The position numbers and the translations under genes are program-made. A stretch of DNA of 64,000 nt from positions 105,648,001-105,712,000 of the forward strand of contig NC_042999.1 of assembly GCF_006345805.1 (NCBI RefSeq), in the 5' to 3' direction. The number at the start of each line of letters is the position of its first letter. Position 1 is the stretch's first letter. This document shows positions 13,350 to 26,398 of the stretch, in pieces. The DNA is from Octopus sinensis. Its lineage: Eukaryota. The notes beneath the pieces were generated by a model. It did no database searches. It was not told the origin of the DNA and saw only the letters and a program-made list of their open reading frames with translations.

Positions 13350-13540
13350 GTATTTGAGTCAAAATTTGGCAGAGCCAACTGTTTACAGTAGGGGTTAGTT
13401 GATCAGACATCCCTCAGTACTTAACTGGTTTTATCGACCCAAAATGGATTGAAGGTAAAGGTGGTCTCAGACCGTAAAGGCGACCACATGCCCCTAAGTG
13501 TTTTGCTCTGTGGGCTAAGAGTTCTGCCAACTCTCCAACA
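13350..13540 (-). mobile_element. Decayed SINE (family also at 28340, 34940, 39555, 49540)
   Basis: Shared motifs cagtact..ctggt..ttatcgacc..aaggt..aaag / ctaa.ga.tctgcca. Confidence 0.6.
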
Positions 13541-13824
13541 ATATACATACAATTAGAAGTTTTTTTGTGCAAATACATTTACAACTGCGACTATTGTGTT
13601 TAGGGCTCCAACTTCATTATCATAATCCAGTGTTCTTGTATAATTATTTAGTAACATCTGCAGCGAGTAGTATAACTAGGTAAGGGGTACCGAGAAAATA
13701 TAGGAAAAAAAAAGGTAATAATTATCTGCAACATTATGCAACAAAGAATGTCATAAATATCCGTTGTAGAAATATTAATAATGCAAATACGTTTTTATTC
13801 TTAGTTCTCATATATATATATATA

Positions 13825-13979
13825 TTATATTAAATTAGAGATAAAACCACTATTAGGCAAATCATACAATGAAAAACTTAAGCCAATACATAAGATTATT
13901 TAATATAATATAATATTTTACTATAAAATTGGATTCAATCCTAAATCTGATTTTTCCTTGAATGTTTGGATTTATTCCC

Positions 13980-13985
<6 letters not shown>
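13825..13985. mobile_element. Two short element tails head-to-head inside a (TA)n tract
   Basis: 13825-13905 matches 50872-50950 (ttagagataaaaccactattaggcaaatc). The right end ttattccctaa+(TA)n also occurs near 19490. Confidence 0.6.
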
Positions 13986-14018
<33 letters not shown>

Positions 14019-14184
14019 CGTCTCACGTTCCTCTGCGATCGCTTCAACACCCATAATGTGGTACACCGGGCCAACTTCGCTTTTATGGGCTGCTCACACA
14101 TCACAATAAACAAATTATCTCTGCAGGGCGTTCAGCAAAACCTGAGCACTCATATATTGTCTTCGGCCGATGGTTCTGTCATGG

Positions 14185-14236
<52 letters not shown>

Positions 14237-14544
14237 GTGTGTCTATGTAAGTGTATGTGTCTGTGTGTCTCGAAAATTATTTAATATCAAGAGATACCTA
14301 TGACAGTCGCCAGATGGATTATGTAAAAAGAATTTTCATGCATAAATTAGGTGTTTGATGCATCCACAAATTATATGTTAATCCTATACTATGTCATATT
14401 CATTTTGCCATATGCCACATATTCAGTATTATTCTTGTATGGCAGGTACAAAGTTATTTCACTCACTGAGATAATTGAGCAAAACGTCCGTGGGTATTAT
14501 TTTGAGGCCCTTATAGTATTTGAATGCGTTTCCGATTGACGCAT

Positions 14545-15005
14545 TCAAAACGGGTATATGTTTTGTGATAAAATATGACTCTTTGTTAATGCATCGTCAC
14601 TGAATTTTTTTATGGGAAAATTCTGAAGCTGTGTTATTCGTTATTGGCGGAAATGCCGATGTGTTCGCTGAATGCTATTTTTCTGTATTCATGAATTTTG
14701 ATATGGGATCTATGTATAACCCTCCTATGATGTAGACTATTTTTGGTTTGGCCTATATATTGGTCTCGAAACCCTGAACAAGTTAATACATATATCAGGT
14801 TTTCCGAAGCATACGTGATGTTGTTTTTCAGTGTAAAACGTTGACCCTGTTTGAAAAGGAAATCCAATCCCTCAATATGGTTGACGAATATGGTACACTT
14901 AGATCATCCGCAGTTTTTCCTTGACGGTTGCAGTGTTGTTGTCGAGTGTACTAGGGCTTGTGTTAGGAAAATCTTTCGTAGATTTGGCTTACCTTTTGCT
15001 CTTGA
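14545..15005 (-). mobile_element. Penelope-like element GIY-YIG endonuclease remnant
   Basis: SKR..PNLRKI...KNCG*SKC, then ENLIYVLTCSGFRDQYIGQTKNSLHHR..HRSHIK (ORF 14634-14867). Confidence 0.88.
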
Positions 15006-15019
15006 GAGCAAAAGACAAC

Positions 15020-15200
15020 TTACTTTATCGGCCTGCTTGATTACAGGGATGTAAACACACATCATCGGTTGTCAAGCGATGGTGGTGTGGGCCAAATACA
15101 CACAAACACATATATATGTAGTATATAAGACGGACATCTTTCAGGTTCAGTTTCCGTCTACGACTTTGTTTGCCCAGTGGCTGTAGTAGAAGACACACAC
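15020..15200 (-). mobile_element. Partial SINE of the 168/590 family
   Basis: gatgtaaacac..catcggttgtcaagcgatg and cagtttccgtctac..gtagaagacac. Confidence 0.7.
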
Positions 15201-15738
15201 ATACACATACACACACACACATACACACACGCACACATATATATATATACATATGCTTCTAAAAGTGCATTCATAAACATGCATCCTTGGCTGCATGTGC
15301 AAGTATGTATGTGTTTGTACATACATGCAAGAAGAAAATACAACACTGATACGAAGGTATTTACATCTTAGAGGTCTGTGAAGTTTTTCTTCGCATATTT
15401 TATTGTTAAAGCACACTAATTGTCACTTGAGAAGAAAAATAATAAAGTAAGGAATCTTTCATAAATCATTTATTTGCGTTGGGCATGTCATCTAATTAGC
15501 TACTTTAAGAATTTTCCTTGCATATATGAAATTTCTTGTTTAGTTAACAGACGTATTGTATCGACAATTGAGTGGAAATCTAGCAAAACTAAAGGTGAAT
15601 TGTACTGTTTGCTATATATATATTCATATTTGAATTAAAAGTCGTGCACACACACATACTTGCACACACATGTACATACATATATGATCGTCACATATTA
15701 CATTTACATATATATATATATATATATATTATATATAC

Positions 15739-15779
<41 letters not shown>

Positions 15780-16189
15780 CATATATATAGACAGAGAGAG
15801 AGTGAGACAGACAGACACACACACACACACAGACAGACGGATAGAGAAAGAATGGTTAAAGTTAATACGAACATTTATTGATGTTTACTTTAGCGAACTG
15901 GTGTGTAAAAACACTTCATGTACACAGTAATCTTTTGAAAGATTAGCAGATCTCACACCTTGACGGGTGTTTTCTGTATACAACTCCACTTTTTATTAGT
16001 GCCTCCATCTATCATATTGATGTACGTATTTTCGTACATATATTGGGTCATCTCATAAATAATGCTGTTTTTTCAATTGCATGAAGTAAAAGTTGGAGGA
16101 TGATGGGATAAACTATCTGCATCTTTGCTATAAAGAGAGGTAGTGCAAATTTTGAAGAATCGAGTTCGATTTAAACAGTTATATTTTCT

Positions 16190-16830
16190 AAGCTACATCG
16201 GAAGTAGCAATGGAGCATATTCCGCATATTTTGCTTTATGAGTTCAATAAAAGCAACAACGAAATGGTAAGCAGTAAATGGGGATCGGGCAATAAGCATA
16301 AGCCAGTGTCAATAGTTGTTCCAGAAATTCCGAGACCGAAAGCCTTGGAGATGGAAGATCTGTAGAGCTCGACAAGGACGTCCTGCAAGCCCAGCTAGAA
16401 CACAATTCCATCGTGACTGTTGGGGATCTAGCAGAGAAACTTAGATTTGGTTATTCAAACATTCATCGACAACTGCATGCCATCGAAATTCTAATCAAAT
16501 CTTTCCGAGTCTAATTGCGCACAGACAAAGAATGCGTGCACTTCTTGGCTGTTACGTCTTACGAATGTACTCTTTACAGACCAAAGAGTGATTGGGAAAG
16601 AGAAATTGGTTCTTTATAAAAATGTCAAGCGCCGAAGACTGTGGGTAAGGAATGGAGAAACACAAGCACCCAAGCTCAAGAAGATCTTCACTCACGTAAG
16701 GTGTTATTAACTGTTTGTTGGAATATGATAGGTTTAGTTCACTTTGAACTTTTAAACCCGAACCAAACGATAAAAAATGAGCTCTACTGCGAGCAGCTTG
16801 AGCGGCTTAACTCAGCGTTAGAAGTAAACC
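16190..16830 (+). mobile_element. Decayed mariner transposase fragment
   Basis: MEHIPHILLYEFNKSN...; DLHSRKVLLTVCWNMIGLVHFELLNPNQTIKNELYCEQLERL (ORF 16641-16871). Confidence 0.85.
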
Positions 16831-17609
16831 AACGCCTGCAAAGTGTAAAGTTTGTGGCATTGCAAATTTGAAACTGGATGACATAATTATTCCCGGTAGG
16901 CTTCTTCTATTAGTTCGATTCATGTTTGCATATGCTCTGGAAATATCAAATAAAAAACAAAATCGTGTTTAGAATAATGTCTTTGTGATATGAATAATAT
17001 AAATAAATTAATATCTCTTAACTATAATTATGATGTATGTTTATTAGCTAAAATATTGTATCATTTAATATATTTTATATTATGCAAAGCAGATAATAAT
17101 AGATCACGATAAAAGTTTGTGCTTTGTATTTTAAATAACAATGAACTGGTGCACATAATTAGTAAAAATGTTCACATTTATTTCAGTTTTGAATTACCGT
17201 CAAATAAAAAGGATTTGATAATTAGTAAATATTCAGTTTTATGTGAAAGAAATAATAAAAATATAACTACATAAACTACTGATGTATATCTATCTTACTC
17301 AATATCTCAATGATATAATCTTGCATTCTTCCATATTTTCTCCCTTTTTTTGTCACAGTATTGCTTCTTCTCTTCATATCTCTCTTTAGTTCCTTCATAC
17401 GTTAGTCTTCTGTAGTTGACGATTTATCATATTCTAAAATTGTTCAATAATTATCATTATTATTATTATTTGATGAAAGCTTTCACCGTATTTTACTGGG
17501 TATGATGAAAAGTATTCGCTGTTCAAGGCCAGTCGACTAAAGTCACACTTGTTTACTGGTCATGCAAAGCATTCTTGCAGATCCAAGCAATTCTGATTTT
17601 TGAATGAGA

Positions 17610-17960
17610 GGTATAAAAATGTAACAAAGTACCAGGGCCTAGCCGTTGAATTACAGAGAACCTCAGTAAGTATCGTAGCTGTCCTAAATAACGCTGTTTT
17701 CTGGATTTGTACTAAACAAGATTTTATATCTATTTACTTTATCCATTTGTTCAAATATTTAGCGATAGTTCCTAATGCACCTATAAATACTGGGATATAA
17801 TTTACCCGCACTTACCATAGTCTCTGTAATTCAACGAGTAGATCCTGGTACTTTCCTACTTTTCTATATCGCTCATATTGATATTTTTCATTATTCGGGA
17901 TTGTAAAATCAATTATCTAGCAATTTTCCCTTTATCTACTACTACTAAATCAGGCCTTCT
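17610..17960. mobile_element. Two short R4/Dong-like RLE fragments in inverted orientation
   Basis: + strand KYQGLAVELQR at about 17625-17660. Its reverse-complement homolog ctctgtaattcaacg..gatcctggtacttt lies at about 17820-17855. Confidence 0.55.
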
Positions 17961-18660
17961 ATCTTTGATTATTCTCTCAGTCTGAATGTTAAAGTCCTAC
18001 AACATCTTATATTTCTTACTTTCTAGTACTTTACTAAGTTCATGCTTATGCCATTTATCAGTATGCTCAAATCCTATCTTTCTACTTAACTCCCAGTGGA
18101 TTACTCTACCTAAGACGTCATATCTTTACTTGTATTGTTTCTGTGCAAGCATGTTACATTCTCTTGCTTTATGAGTTACACTTTCCTCTTTTGATTTGCA
18201 TAACCTACGTTGAGACTCTAATCTTTACCACGCCAGACAAAATGCTTGGTGGCATTTCGTTCGATTTCACAGCCGAAGTCGAGTTTATCTTTTATTATTC
18301 AAGTCTCAATGAAATAATTACCAGTAAGCACTGGTGTCTAGATAATCTGCCTCCAAAACTGCCAAAATTTGAAATCTTTATTATTAATTTCAAAGTGGTC
18401 AGCGCTCCAGAAAATGCTTAGCAGCCTTTCATTGGTCTTAGCATTCAAATTTCTTCAAGGTTGCCTTGTCCTTCCATCATTTCGAAGTCACAAAAATAAG
18501 TATCAATCAAACGCTGGAGTCGATGTAATTGAGTCACCCCCTCCAGTCTTCTACTTATTTCTCCTCCTCCTCCCCATCCTCATTCTGTTCCTTCTTCCTT
18601 TCCCTCCTTCTCCTTACCTCCCACTCCTCCTTCTTATTAATAAGAATAATAATAATCATA

Positions 18661-19140
18661 ATTCAGTAGTCTCATTCTTATCACGTGCTTTCACTGCACT
18701 ACCGAGTGCAGCTGTGTGTGTCTTGAGTATGTGCAGTGGTTTGTTGTGGTGCTCTTATGTTCACTTCATTCAAAGTCTTTTACGTAGGATGTGTGCGGTA
18801 CCTAGTAGTGCTATTTTCTGTATGCTATATATACTTCCATGTCCTGGTGATTTTGTATTGTATTTGTTTGAATGTTTTTTTATCATGCATGATGGGCCTA
18901 ATATGTCACAAATTGTTTTATTCTTTAGGCTCCACATTGAAGTTACCTCTATTTCCAGATCTTTGCGTTTTGAATGTTTCTCATATGTTGGTATTGATAC
19001 ATCGATTGGAAAGCATTTTTTCTTGGTGATGTTACACCTATATCCTCTGTGTGTATTGGCATATCCCAGAATACGGTTGCTTTTTTCATTTTCTGTGACG
19101 ATCTCTTGCGTGTACCTATACCAATTTTTTCAGTTGTAAT
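18661..19140 (-). mobile_element. R4/Dong-like retrotransposon 3' end
   Basis: Minus translation QEIVTENEKATVFWDMPIHT...KDLEIE. The 3' UTR (attcagtagt...accgag.gcagct) is shared with 59356-60157. Confidence 0.85.
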
Positions 19141-19661
19141 TTTTCTATAGAATATGTGCGCAGAAGGACGTGGAGCGTTGACTAAAAATATCTTCTTTCC
19201 TCACAGACTAATAACAGGTAAGGTATATATATTTTTCAAATATTTAAAAATATTTTTAAAAAATTATTTTATTGTAATTTATAATAGGTTTTAGAATGCT
19301 TATATTATTTGATTATCATATGTATATTCTATGTATATTCCAGAAAATAAGGTTGTGCAGAAATAGGAGTTGTGGTTCTAATGGTAAAATCCCAAATTTG
19401 TAATAATATTATAAATGATGCTGTGTACTTTGCATTAGTAAGGTGTAAAATAGGAAATGTTTTGATAAACTGGAGTACTTATTATTCCCTAAGTTATATA
19501 TATATATATATATATATATAAGCCTGGTGGAAGAGATGTCTTCCTGGAGCTATAAACGTCAGTAGCACTGTCCTGTATCGGACGCCACACTTGGTTGGCA
19601 ATCATATGTTATATATTATATGGTGGCAATTATATGATTCTGTATTGCGAATGTTTACATA

Positions 19662-19743
<82 letters not shown>

Positions 19744-20390
19744 TATATATTCATATATACATACATACATACATACATACATACATACATACATACATAG
19801 TGTATATATAGAAAAATGTGCTATTGAAAATGCATAAAATACACCTAAATTTGAAAAGAACTTGTATTTGATTTTAAATATATTTACTTACATACAAACC
19901 AAAAATGTTTCGTCTATATTTTTCGTTTATCAATAGTAAACATTTAAAATTATGAATTAAAAAAATATTTAAATGTTTCATTGTTTACAAGTTTCAATAA
20001 TATGAAATATGATTCAAATGTTCATAACATTAAATAATATAAAAACCGTGGATCATCTTGTTTAAATACACACAATTCACTAGTGTTAATATTGATCGAT
20101 AAGAAATGTGGATCATAAGAAATTTCGGCTATACTGAGTTAAGAGGGAGAAAAACAAGGAAGAAATGATGTTAGTAAAAATAAGTGTTCGGTTTACAGTT
20201 TCTGTGATTCTTTTTCCGTCCTGTGCAGGGGCCTTCGCTTGTAACGGAGTTGTTTTGAATTCGGTGTATTTATAAATTTTCTGTTAATAGATCTGACTTT
20301 TTATTCATTAAAGTACTGGTGGTGTTTTATTTTTATGGTGGTATACACAAATATACATAAATACATATATATATATATATATATACACAC

Positions 20391-20715
20391 AACAATTGCA
20401 GCGTGGAAGGTGTTTATAAGCCATTTAAGAAACACACAAAAGCCGTTCGATTCACTCCAACATTTAAGTTTAATTTGTCAAAATATTTTCGTCGCTAAAA
20501 TCCGCGACCTGTTCACTGACAAAGTCCAGATTCAGCACGGACTTTGTCAGTGAACAGGTCGCGGATTTTAGCGACGAAAATATTTTGACAAATTAAACTT
20601 AAATGTTGGAGTGAATCGAACGGCTTTTGTGTGTTTCTTAAATGGCTTATAAACACCTTCCACGCTGCAATTGTTTTCGTTTCAGCACACGATCTCAGAT
20701 CAAATTACTTGCTAT
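20391..20715 (+). mobile_element. Fold-back palindromic element, family A copy 1, with predicted G3:C8 hammerhead
   Basis: Perfect 137-bp arms 20391-20527 / 20539-20675, 11-bp spacer, right-side extension; (TA)n on both flanks. Confidence 0.85.
20543..20592 (+). ncRNA. Predicted minimal type-I hammerhead ribozyme, G3:C8 core variant (mirror copy 20474-20523 on minus)
   Basis: Stem I UUUGUCA/UGACAAA, core GUGAACA+G, stem II GUCGC/GCGAC, GAAA, palindromic AAUAUU helix III, U17. Confidence 0.6.
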
Positions 20716-20731
20716 GCGAGTACATCTCCGA

Positions 20732-20810
<79 letters not shown>

Positions 20811-21894
20811 GCACACACACACACTCAGACACACATATATAAATAAATAAGGGTTCCAAGTATGACCGCAGTGTAATGACTGAAGCAAGTAAAAGCATAT
20901 TAAACAAAGAATGTAACTATAATATTGTTCCTCATAGTTTCGGTGAAGCTGACTATCGAATTCGACCTATCATATATCTAATTTAGGCATAAATTGAAAT
21001 TGCCGAATGCCTCTTGAACAGGTTCAGTTATTCCAATACATGACAATGCTTAATAATATACATCAAGGAATACTGAGTCCGGTTAGATTAAGCACATAAC
21101 ACGTGTATGCATGATTTGAACTAATATTATTAGTAAAAGCAGTTCACTCATTGTGCCGTTACACATTACATCGCACTCATAAAAACGCTCCTTAGTGTGT
21201 GTAAATCATTACAAGAAGGCAGATAAAAATTTGTTTATCTAAAATACCTAAAAATAACAAGTAACAGGAGGTATGATGTTATAGAGTAAAGATTTATGTA
21301 AAAACGGATCTAAGAAGTCGCTCACCTTTTTTGAAAATGTGTGGTCATGATATTTCTGACCGTCAAATATTATCTATGTAATATTGATCATTGAAAGGGA
21401 AAATGTAGACAAGTTGCTTTCTAATATCATTGACGATTACCTTGCTAAATCCGGAATTCCGCGCGATAAATAATATTTGCATTAAGGCAGCCACAGTAAT
21501 GAGTATTTCGTTAAGTTTTCCAAGCACCCGGGACCCGTTTCGGCAATGTCTATCACGACCCACTGAATTATTTGCTGAAAAAAATTGATTGCAAAAATAT
21601 TCTAAAGTATAAAAAACGAATAGAGTAAAGTTGAGAAACGAATGAACCAAGAGGCAAATAGTTTTATTCAAATCACTGCCGGGTGTCCCTAATAATTATC
21701 GAATATGTGCATCTTCAATACATATTATTCCTTCTAAATTCCTGAGTCCAATTGCTTTGAAAGGAGAAAGTTCTGGTTCATAGTTTGCAAATATTTTAAT
21801 ATAAAATTTATTGCCTTATGAACACGCAACTGATTCTTTTTATTGCGTCGTTGATCAAATGGGTATATTAGTCTGTTGTTGTTTCGTTCTCGAG

Positions 21895-22110
21895 CCATGA
21901 GTGCTGGTTTTCCAGTTTCAATGGCATATATATTCCCCACCAGCATGGGACACCACTTCGTCGAAAGATTGCTCATTTTTACCAGATGAGTGGACTGGAG
22001 CAACGTGCAATGAAATGTTTTGCTCAAGAACACATCACGTCGCCCGGTCCAGGAATCGAAACCACAATCTTACGATCACGAGTTCAACATCCATACCACT
22101 ATTTCACAAG
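21895..22110 (-). mobile_element. tRNA-derived SINE (second family)
   Basis: gagtggactggagcaacgtg..tgctcaagaacac..ccaggaatcgaaaccac; B-box-like on minus. Confidence 0.7.
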
Positions 22111-22789
22111 CTTCCACTTAAATTAGTCTCCTGTATTCGAATATTTATTTCGAATTATTTTACGGAAAGCAGATGTATTTTGAAAACTACAATAGTATTG
22201 TAAGCAATATCAACGCCTGCTTTCATTTTTATGCATTTGATACATCAAATCATTTTACTTCAATAGGGTGCAAACAATTGAAAGCCCCAAGGATTGCACT
22301 GTTAAGTGCATCTGAAGAAATATGAATACGGTGAATATTTGTAATGATGCAATGATTTAACTTTGAAGTTAAAACGCCGACTCATTGAAAATTAAATTTT
22401 TACGTATCAAATGTTAATATCATTTCACTTCAATGAAATGATATTAATCATGTCATTAATATCATTAAAAAAATTAAATAAAAAATAAAAAAAATAAATT
22501 AGTTGGTGAAGCTTTACAATTCTGGTGTGATTCCCCATACCTACGCTTGAAATGATTTCATGCACTGGATCAAACAAATGGACAACCCAACCACAATTTG
22601 CATAAGCAATTTCAAAAGAATGCCTCATTAATTCTCTGGACTCCTCTTATTTAATTGTTACAAATTTAAATTTTTCATGACTCTTTAAAGATTTCTACTT
22701 CGATGCTTTATTTTATGAATTGAACAGGTTTTTTTGTAAAAGGAAATGGAAAATTTATAATGCCCAATCTAAGTGATGTTTTTCATTAA

Positions 22790-23486
22790 ATCTATCAGTG
22801 GTATTTGATTTCACACTGTGAAAAAAAGCTGCACCATCAGGGAAATGTGCAGAAGTTGCCTCGTAGGTCCCTACCCGTCAAATGTTATTATATTATTCAA
22901 TACGATTCCGTTTTGAGGAAAAGTAATTTTTATGGACGAGTACATATTTTAATGTTCGAGTCGTGCACGAAATGTTACTTCTGCGCAAAGGAGAATTGAA
23001 TTCTCATTATTTATGAAGACATTGAATGCAACATTCCGTATGACATGATGCGTGAAAAACTTAATGCGCGATGAACTTGGAATCATAGAGGAAATTTGCT
23101 TCCAACAAAATGGATTTCCGGCTCATTATGCCATCATTGTACGATATTATCTTAATGACACTTTTCCAGACAAATGGATTTGTTTTAGTTCTGTAATATA
23201 CCAGCTGCCCATGAAATGGCCGGGAAGAAGTCGGACTTGACAATTTTGTGATAACTCTTTTTGAGGATACATAAACGAATTTGTGTCTAAACAACGTTAT
23301 AATCCCAATGATGAATTTAATGCAGCTGTTACTGCGGCATTGGGAACAATATCCCCTGCTATGTTGCGAGAAATGTCTCACAAGAATATTGTGTTGCATA
23401 ATATTATGCAGCTAGGATGAAGGACAGCACACAAATACACTGGATACATAAGATATATGGATGGGAAAGGATTTCTGGCTACCCTG
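22790..23486 (+). mobile_element. Decayed Tc1/mariner-superfamily transposase C-terminus with right end
   Basis: FQQNGFPAHYAIIVRYYLNDTFPDKWI...WPGRSRT (WPxRSPDL type); ends ...ctaccctg-ta. Confidence 0.75.
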
Positions 23487-25094
23487 TATATAGAATATAT
23501 CTGGCTCGATAACAAAACCTTTAAAATATTGAATTATCTGGAATGCAATAATTTTAACTAACGAATTAGCAGGCAGGACCGTATCTTAATCAATAACGTA
23601 AGTGTATGTCCTATTATGAGAGGAACATTACTGAAAATCCAAAGTAACACTGTCATGGAACACTTTTTTATCCCATGTATGATAAGTTAGAGATTGCTAT
23701 ATATAATTTTCATTTGGGATATATACGTAATTATTGAAATCTTACGCCGGGAGACCGCATCAATCCTACTCTGTACCAACCAGTAATGTAGGTAATGTAG
23801 CTTCTGCGTCATCCTCTGATATTCAAGAAGTAGTAGCCAATTCCACGTCATATTACACGTTGTTGGGTTAATGAATAACGTAGACCTTCTTTTACAAAAC
23901 AAAGGGAGTTTGGGTTAGGGTTAGACCTGCCACATAAAAGCATGTGGAAAGAATCAACAATGAAAATAAAGACACTTCCATGATGGATGACCGAAAGCTT
24001 TATGCAGTTAAATATACCAAGCTTTACAGAATAATCGCAACTGTAAAATACTTGTACACAGCTTCTAAAAACTACTTTTGAAGGAAAAATATAAACAAAT
24101 AATCTTATAAGATTGAAGGCTTATCAATTAGGTCTAATTGGCCTTACTCTAGTATAGAGAATAAAACGTCCTGAGCAATTCTGCTTTCTATAAACAATTA
24201 ATAATTTATGAAAGAATGATTCGATACAAAATAGATGAAAACGAGCATTTAAAACGGGTGTTTTTATTTAGTAACATAGGTGTAAAATTATAAGTGTAGT
24301 TATAAATAAAACAATCTCTACCATCCTTATAGTTTCAGTTCCAGGACCAATATCTGAAGTTATAAAAATAATAGACTGGATTATAACAAACATGTAGTCA
24401 ATAGACTCTGATACAAAAAATATGTAAGTAAAATCCACGGTCTCTAAATTGTTTGCTCCTTCACAACCGCGGTTGAAAAAAAGTAGAGTTTAATAGAGCC
24501 CGAGTGAGCAATATAAAAAGACAGGTATAATAGAATTCCACAACCTTCATCACACACAAGAAAGCCTGCTACATGCGCTGTCGATTAAGACCATAGGTAT
24601 CGTTGCTTGTCGGAAATAATCTACAGATTTATTACGACAAGGGATTAGATTACGTCTCATACAGCTAAAGCAGCCATGAAAACGGATATACACTCGATAA
24701 ATTCTGTTCAAGAAACATCGATATAAAATTATATATAAAGCCATGCACACCACTGAATAGATATTCTATACGTTTATAGAAAAGAAAATGCACCTCTACT
24801 GTGAATGAGCAGATTCTGCCTTGATAGTAAGCATAAGAAACATAATCCGCAGATGCAGAAAGTGCACATCACCAAAAGATCTATTGAAAGAAATATATTG
24901 AACCTTTACATTATAGATAACATATATTGACTGTGTGGTGAATTTTGCCAGGCATACCGTATTGTATTAAGATATCTATACTGGCGGCAACATAATACAT
25001 GTGTAGTTGCCGAAACATAGTAAGGCTTAGGTACTGAACTCTGTTTCCTTGAAATCTTTCTGTGATATTCGTAATTTAGAAAGTGTGAATACAA

Positions 25095-25285
25095 GTGGTT
25101 TATTGGCTAGCATATTCGGGTCATGATCGTGAGTTCCATTCTCGGAGTCGCGTTGTGTCTTGGCAAGGGCTTCACACTGAATAACTCTGAGAAGTACACG
25201 TGTGTGTGAAGTGTTCAACCACTTGCACGTTACTTCCGCCCTGAGACCGTTCCGTTGATCGGATCAACTGTAACCCTCGCCTTCA
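25095..25285 (+). mobile_element. Decayed SINE
   Basis: gatcgtgagttccattctc..gttgtgtcttggcaagg..gttgatcggatcaact. Confidence 0.5.
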
Positions 25286-25493
25286 TTACAGAAGTTATAT
25301 TTTATGTTTTATTTCAGAAAGTATTGTTGCAATATTCGTATGCAATTGTGTCATGTGTTTATTTATGTTATATAATTCTTCGAACATAATAAACGCTCAA
25401 ATATATATAGACCTACGTAGAAAGAATTTTAATGAAAATATTCGTTTTCGAAGTATAATCGAACAACATGAAACGATACGATGGATTAAAATA

Positions 25494-25670
25494 TCAGGCC
25501 ATCCCATAAGTTCTGTCCGATTTTACCTTTTTTAAAACTGAATGAAATTTAATGGTATTTTAGAATGTCTAATGGAATTTAAAATTATTTTTATGCATCT
25601 GTGTACATTTAAACTAATTAAATATTATTTTACAGAATAATAGATTTAAAATTTCTTTGATTAATAGATA
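25494..25670 (+). mobile_element. Solo left end of the 10122 mariner family
   Basis: ta-tcaggccatcccataagttctgtccg...gtacatttaaactaat. Confidence 0.85.
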
Positions 25671-26315
25671 GGACCATTGAGTATGACTTAGTGCCCTATC
25701 ATTAGTTACGCACCATCGTACAATAGTGACAATTCTATATATGATCTTTGCCTTGAAGAGATGTATTATATAATTTTTCTGCATTAACTTTATTAAATTT
25801 TAATGGGAATTTTACAATGAGATATCCTCACAAAATTCGGAAGGCATTTTGATATTTCAATTCTTAATCATATTTGTTTTTCGTATGTTATACAATAAGC
25901 ATAATATTTCTCAAAAAAGATTTAATATATTTGATAAGTAGCTAACTAATCACCGTGACGTATAGTCCGCATGTTTCTAATTATCATAATGTAGAATTCT
26001 AATTTTATTTTTTAACCTTCCGTTATCCACAGACGTTACGAATGGTTGAAGACAAAAGTAGTTTTTCATATATTACATATCTTCTAAAAGTTCCTTTTGT
26101 ATGCGTTCATATACTGAAAATGTTTCCTTAGTTGTCTTTGAATTTAATTAACTTTTTATCGCATTGAAAACGTTGCGTTAAAATATATTTTCGGATATAT
26201 TAATTTCAATGATATTTTCTATATATCAATATGTAGATACAGTAGAAAAACAAATGGCAGCTTTCTTTAGTGAATTCCACAATCGAGAATGTGATTTTAT
26301 CTAGCAATATTTTGT

Positions 26316-26394
<79 letters not shown>

Positions 26395-26398
26395 ATAT

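Noticed and set aside
19151-19217. Candidate 67-nt exon (tttttctatag...cag/gtaagg; open frame NMCAEGRGALTKNIFFPHRLIT)
   Set aside because: It is isolated, has no recognisable homology and is wedged between a LINE end and an element tail. It needs RNA-seq support.
20391-20675. Palindromes interpreted as classical MITEs or CRISPR-like arrays
   Set aside because: Arms are asymmetric, the turning point varies between copies, there is no conserved TIR/TSD, and there is no repeat-spacer periodicity.
24981-25022. Hammerhead-like GGCAAC/GTTGCC stem + GAAAC-ATA-GTA
   Set aside because: The 5' core reads CUGGC (incomplete) and there is no stem I; possibly a decayed copy but not supportable.
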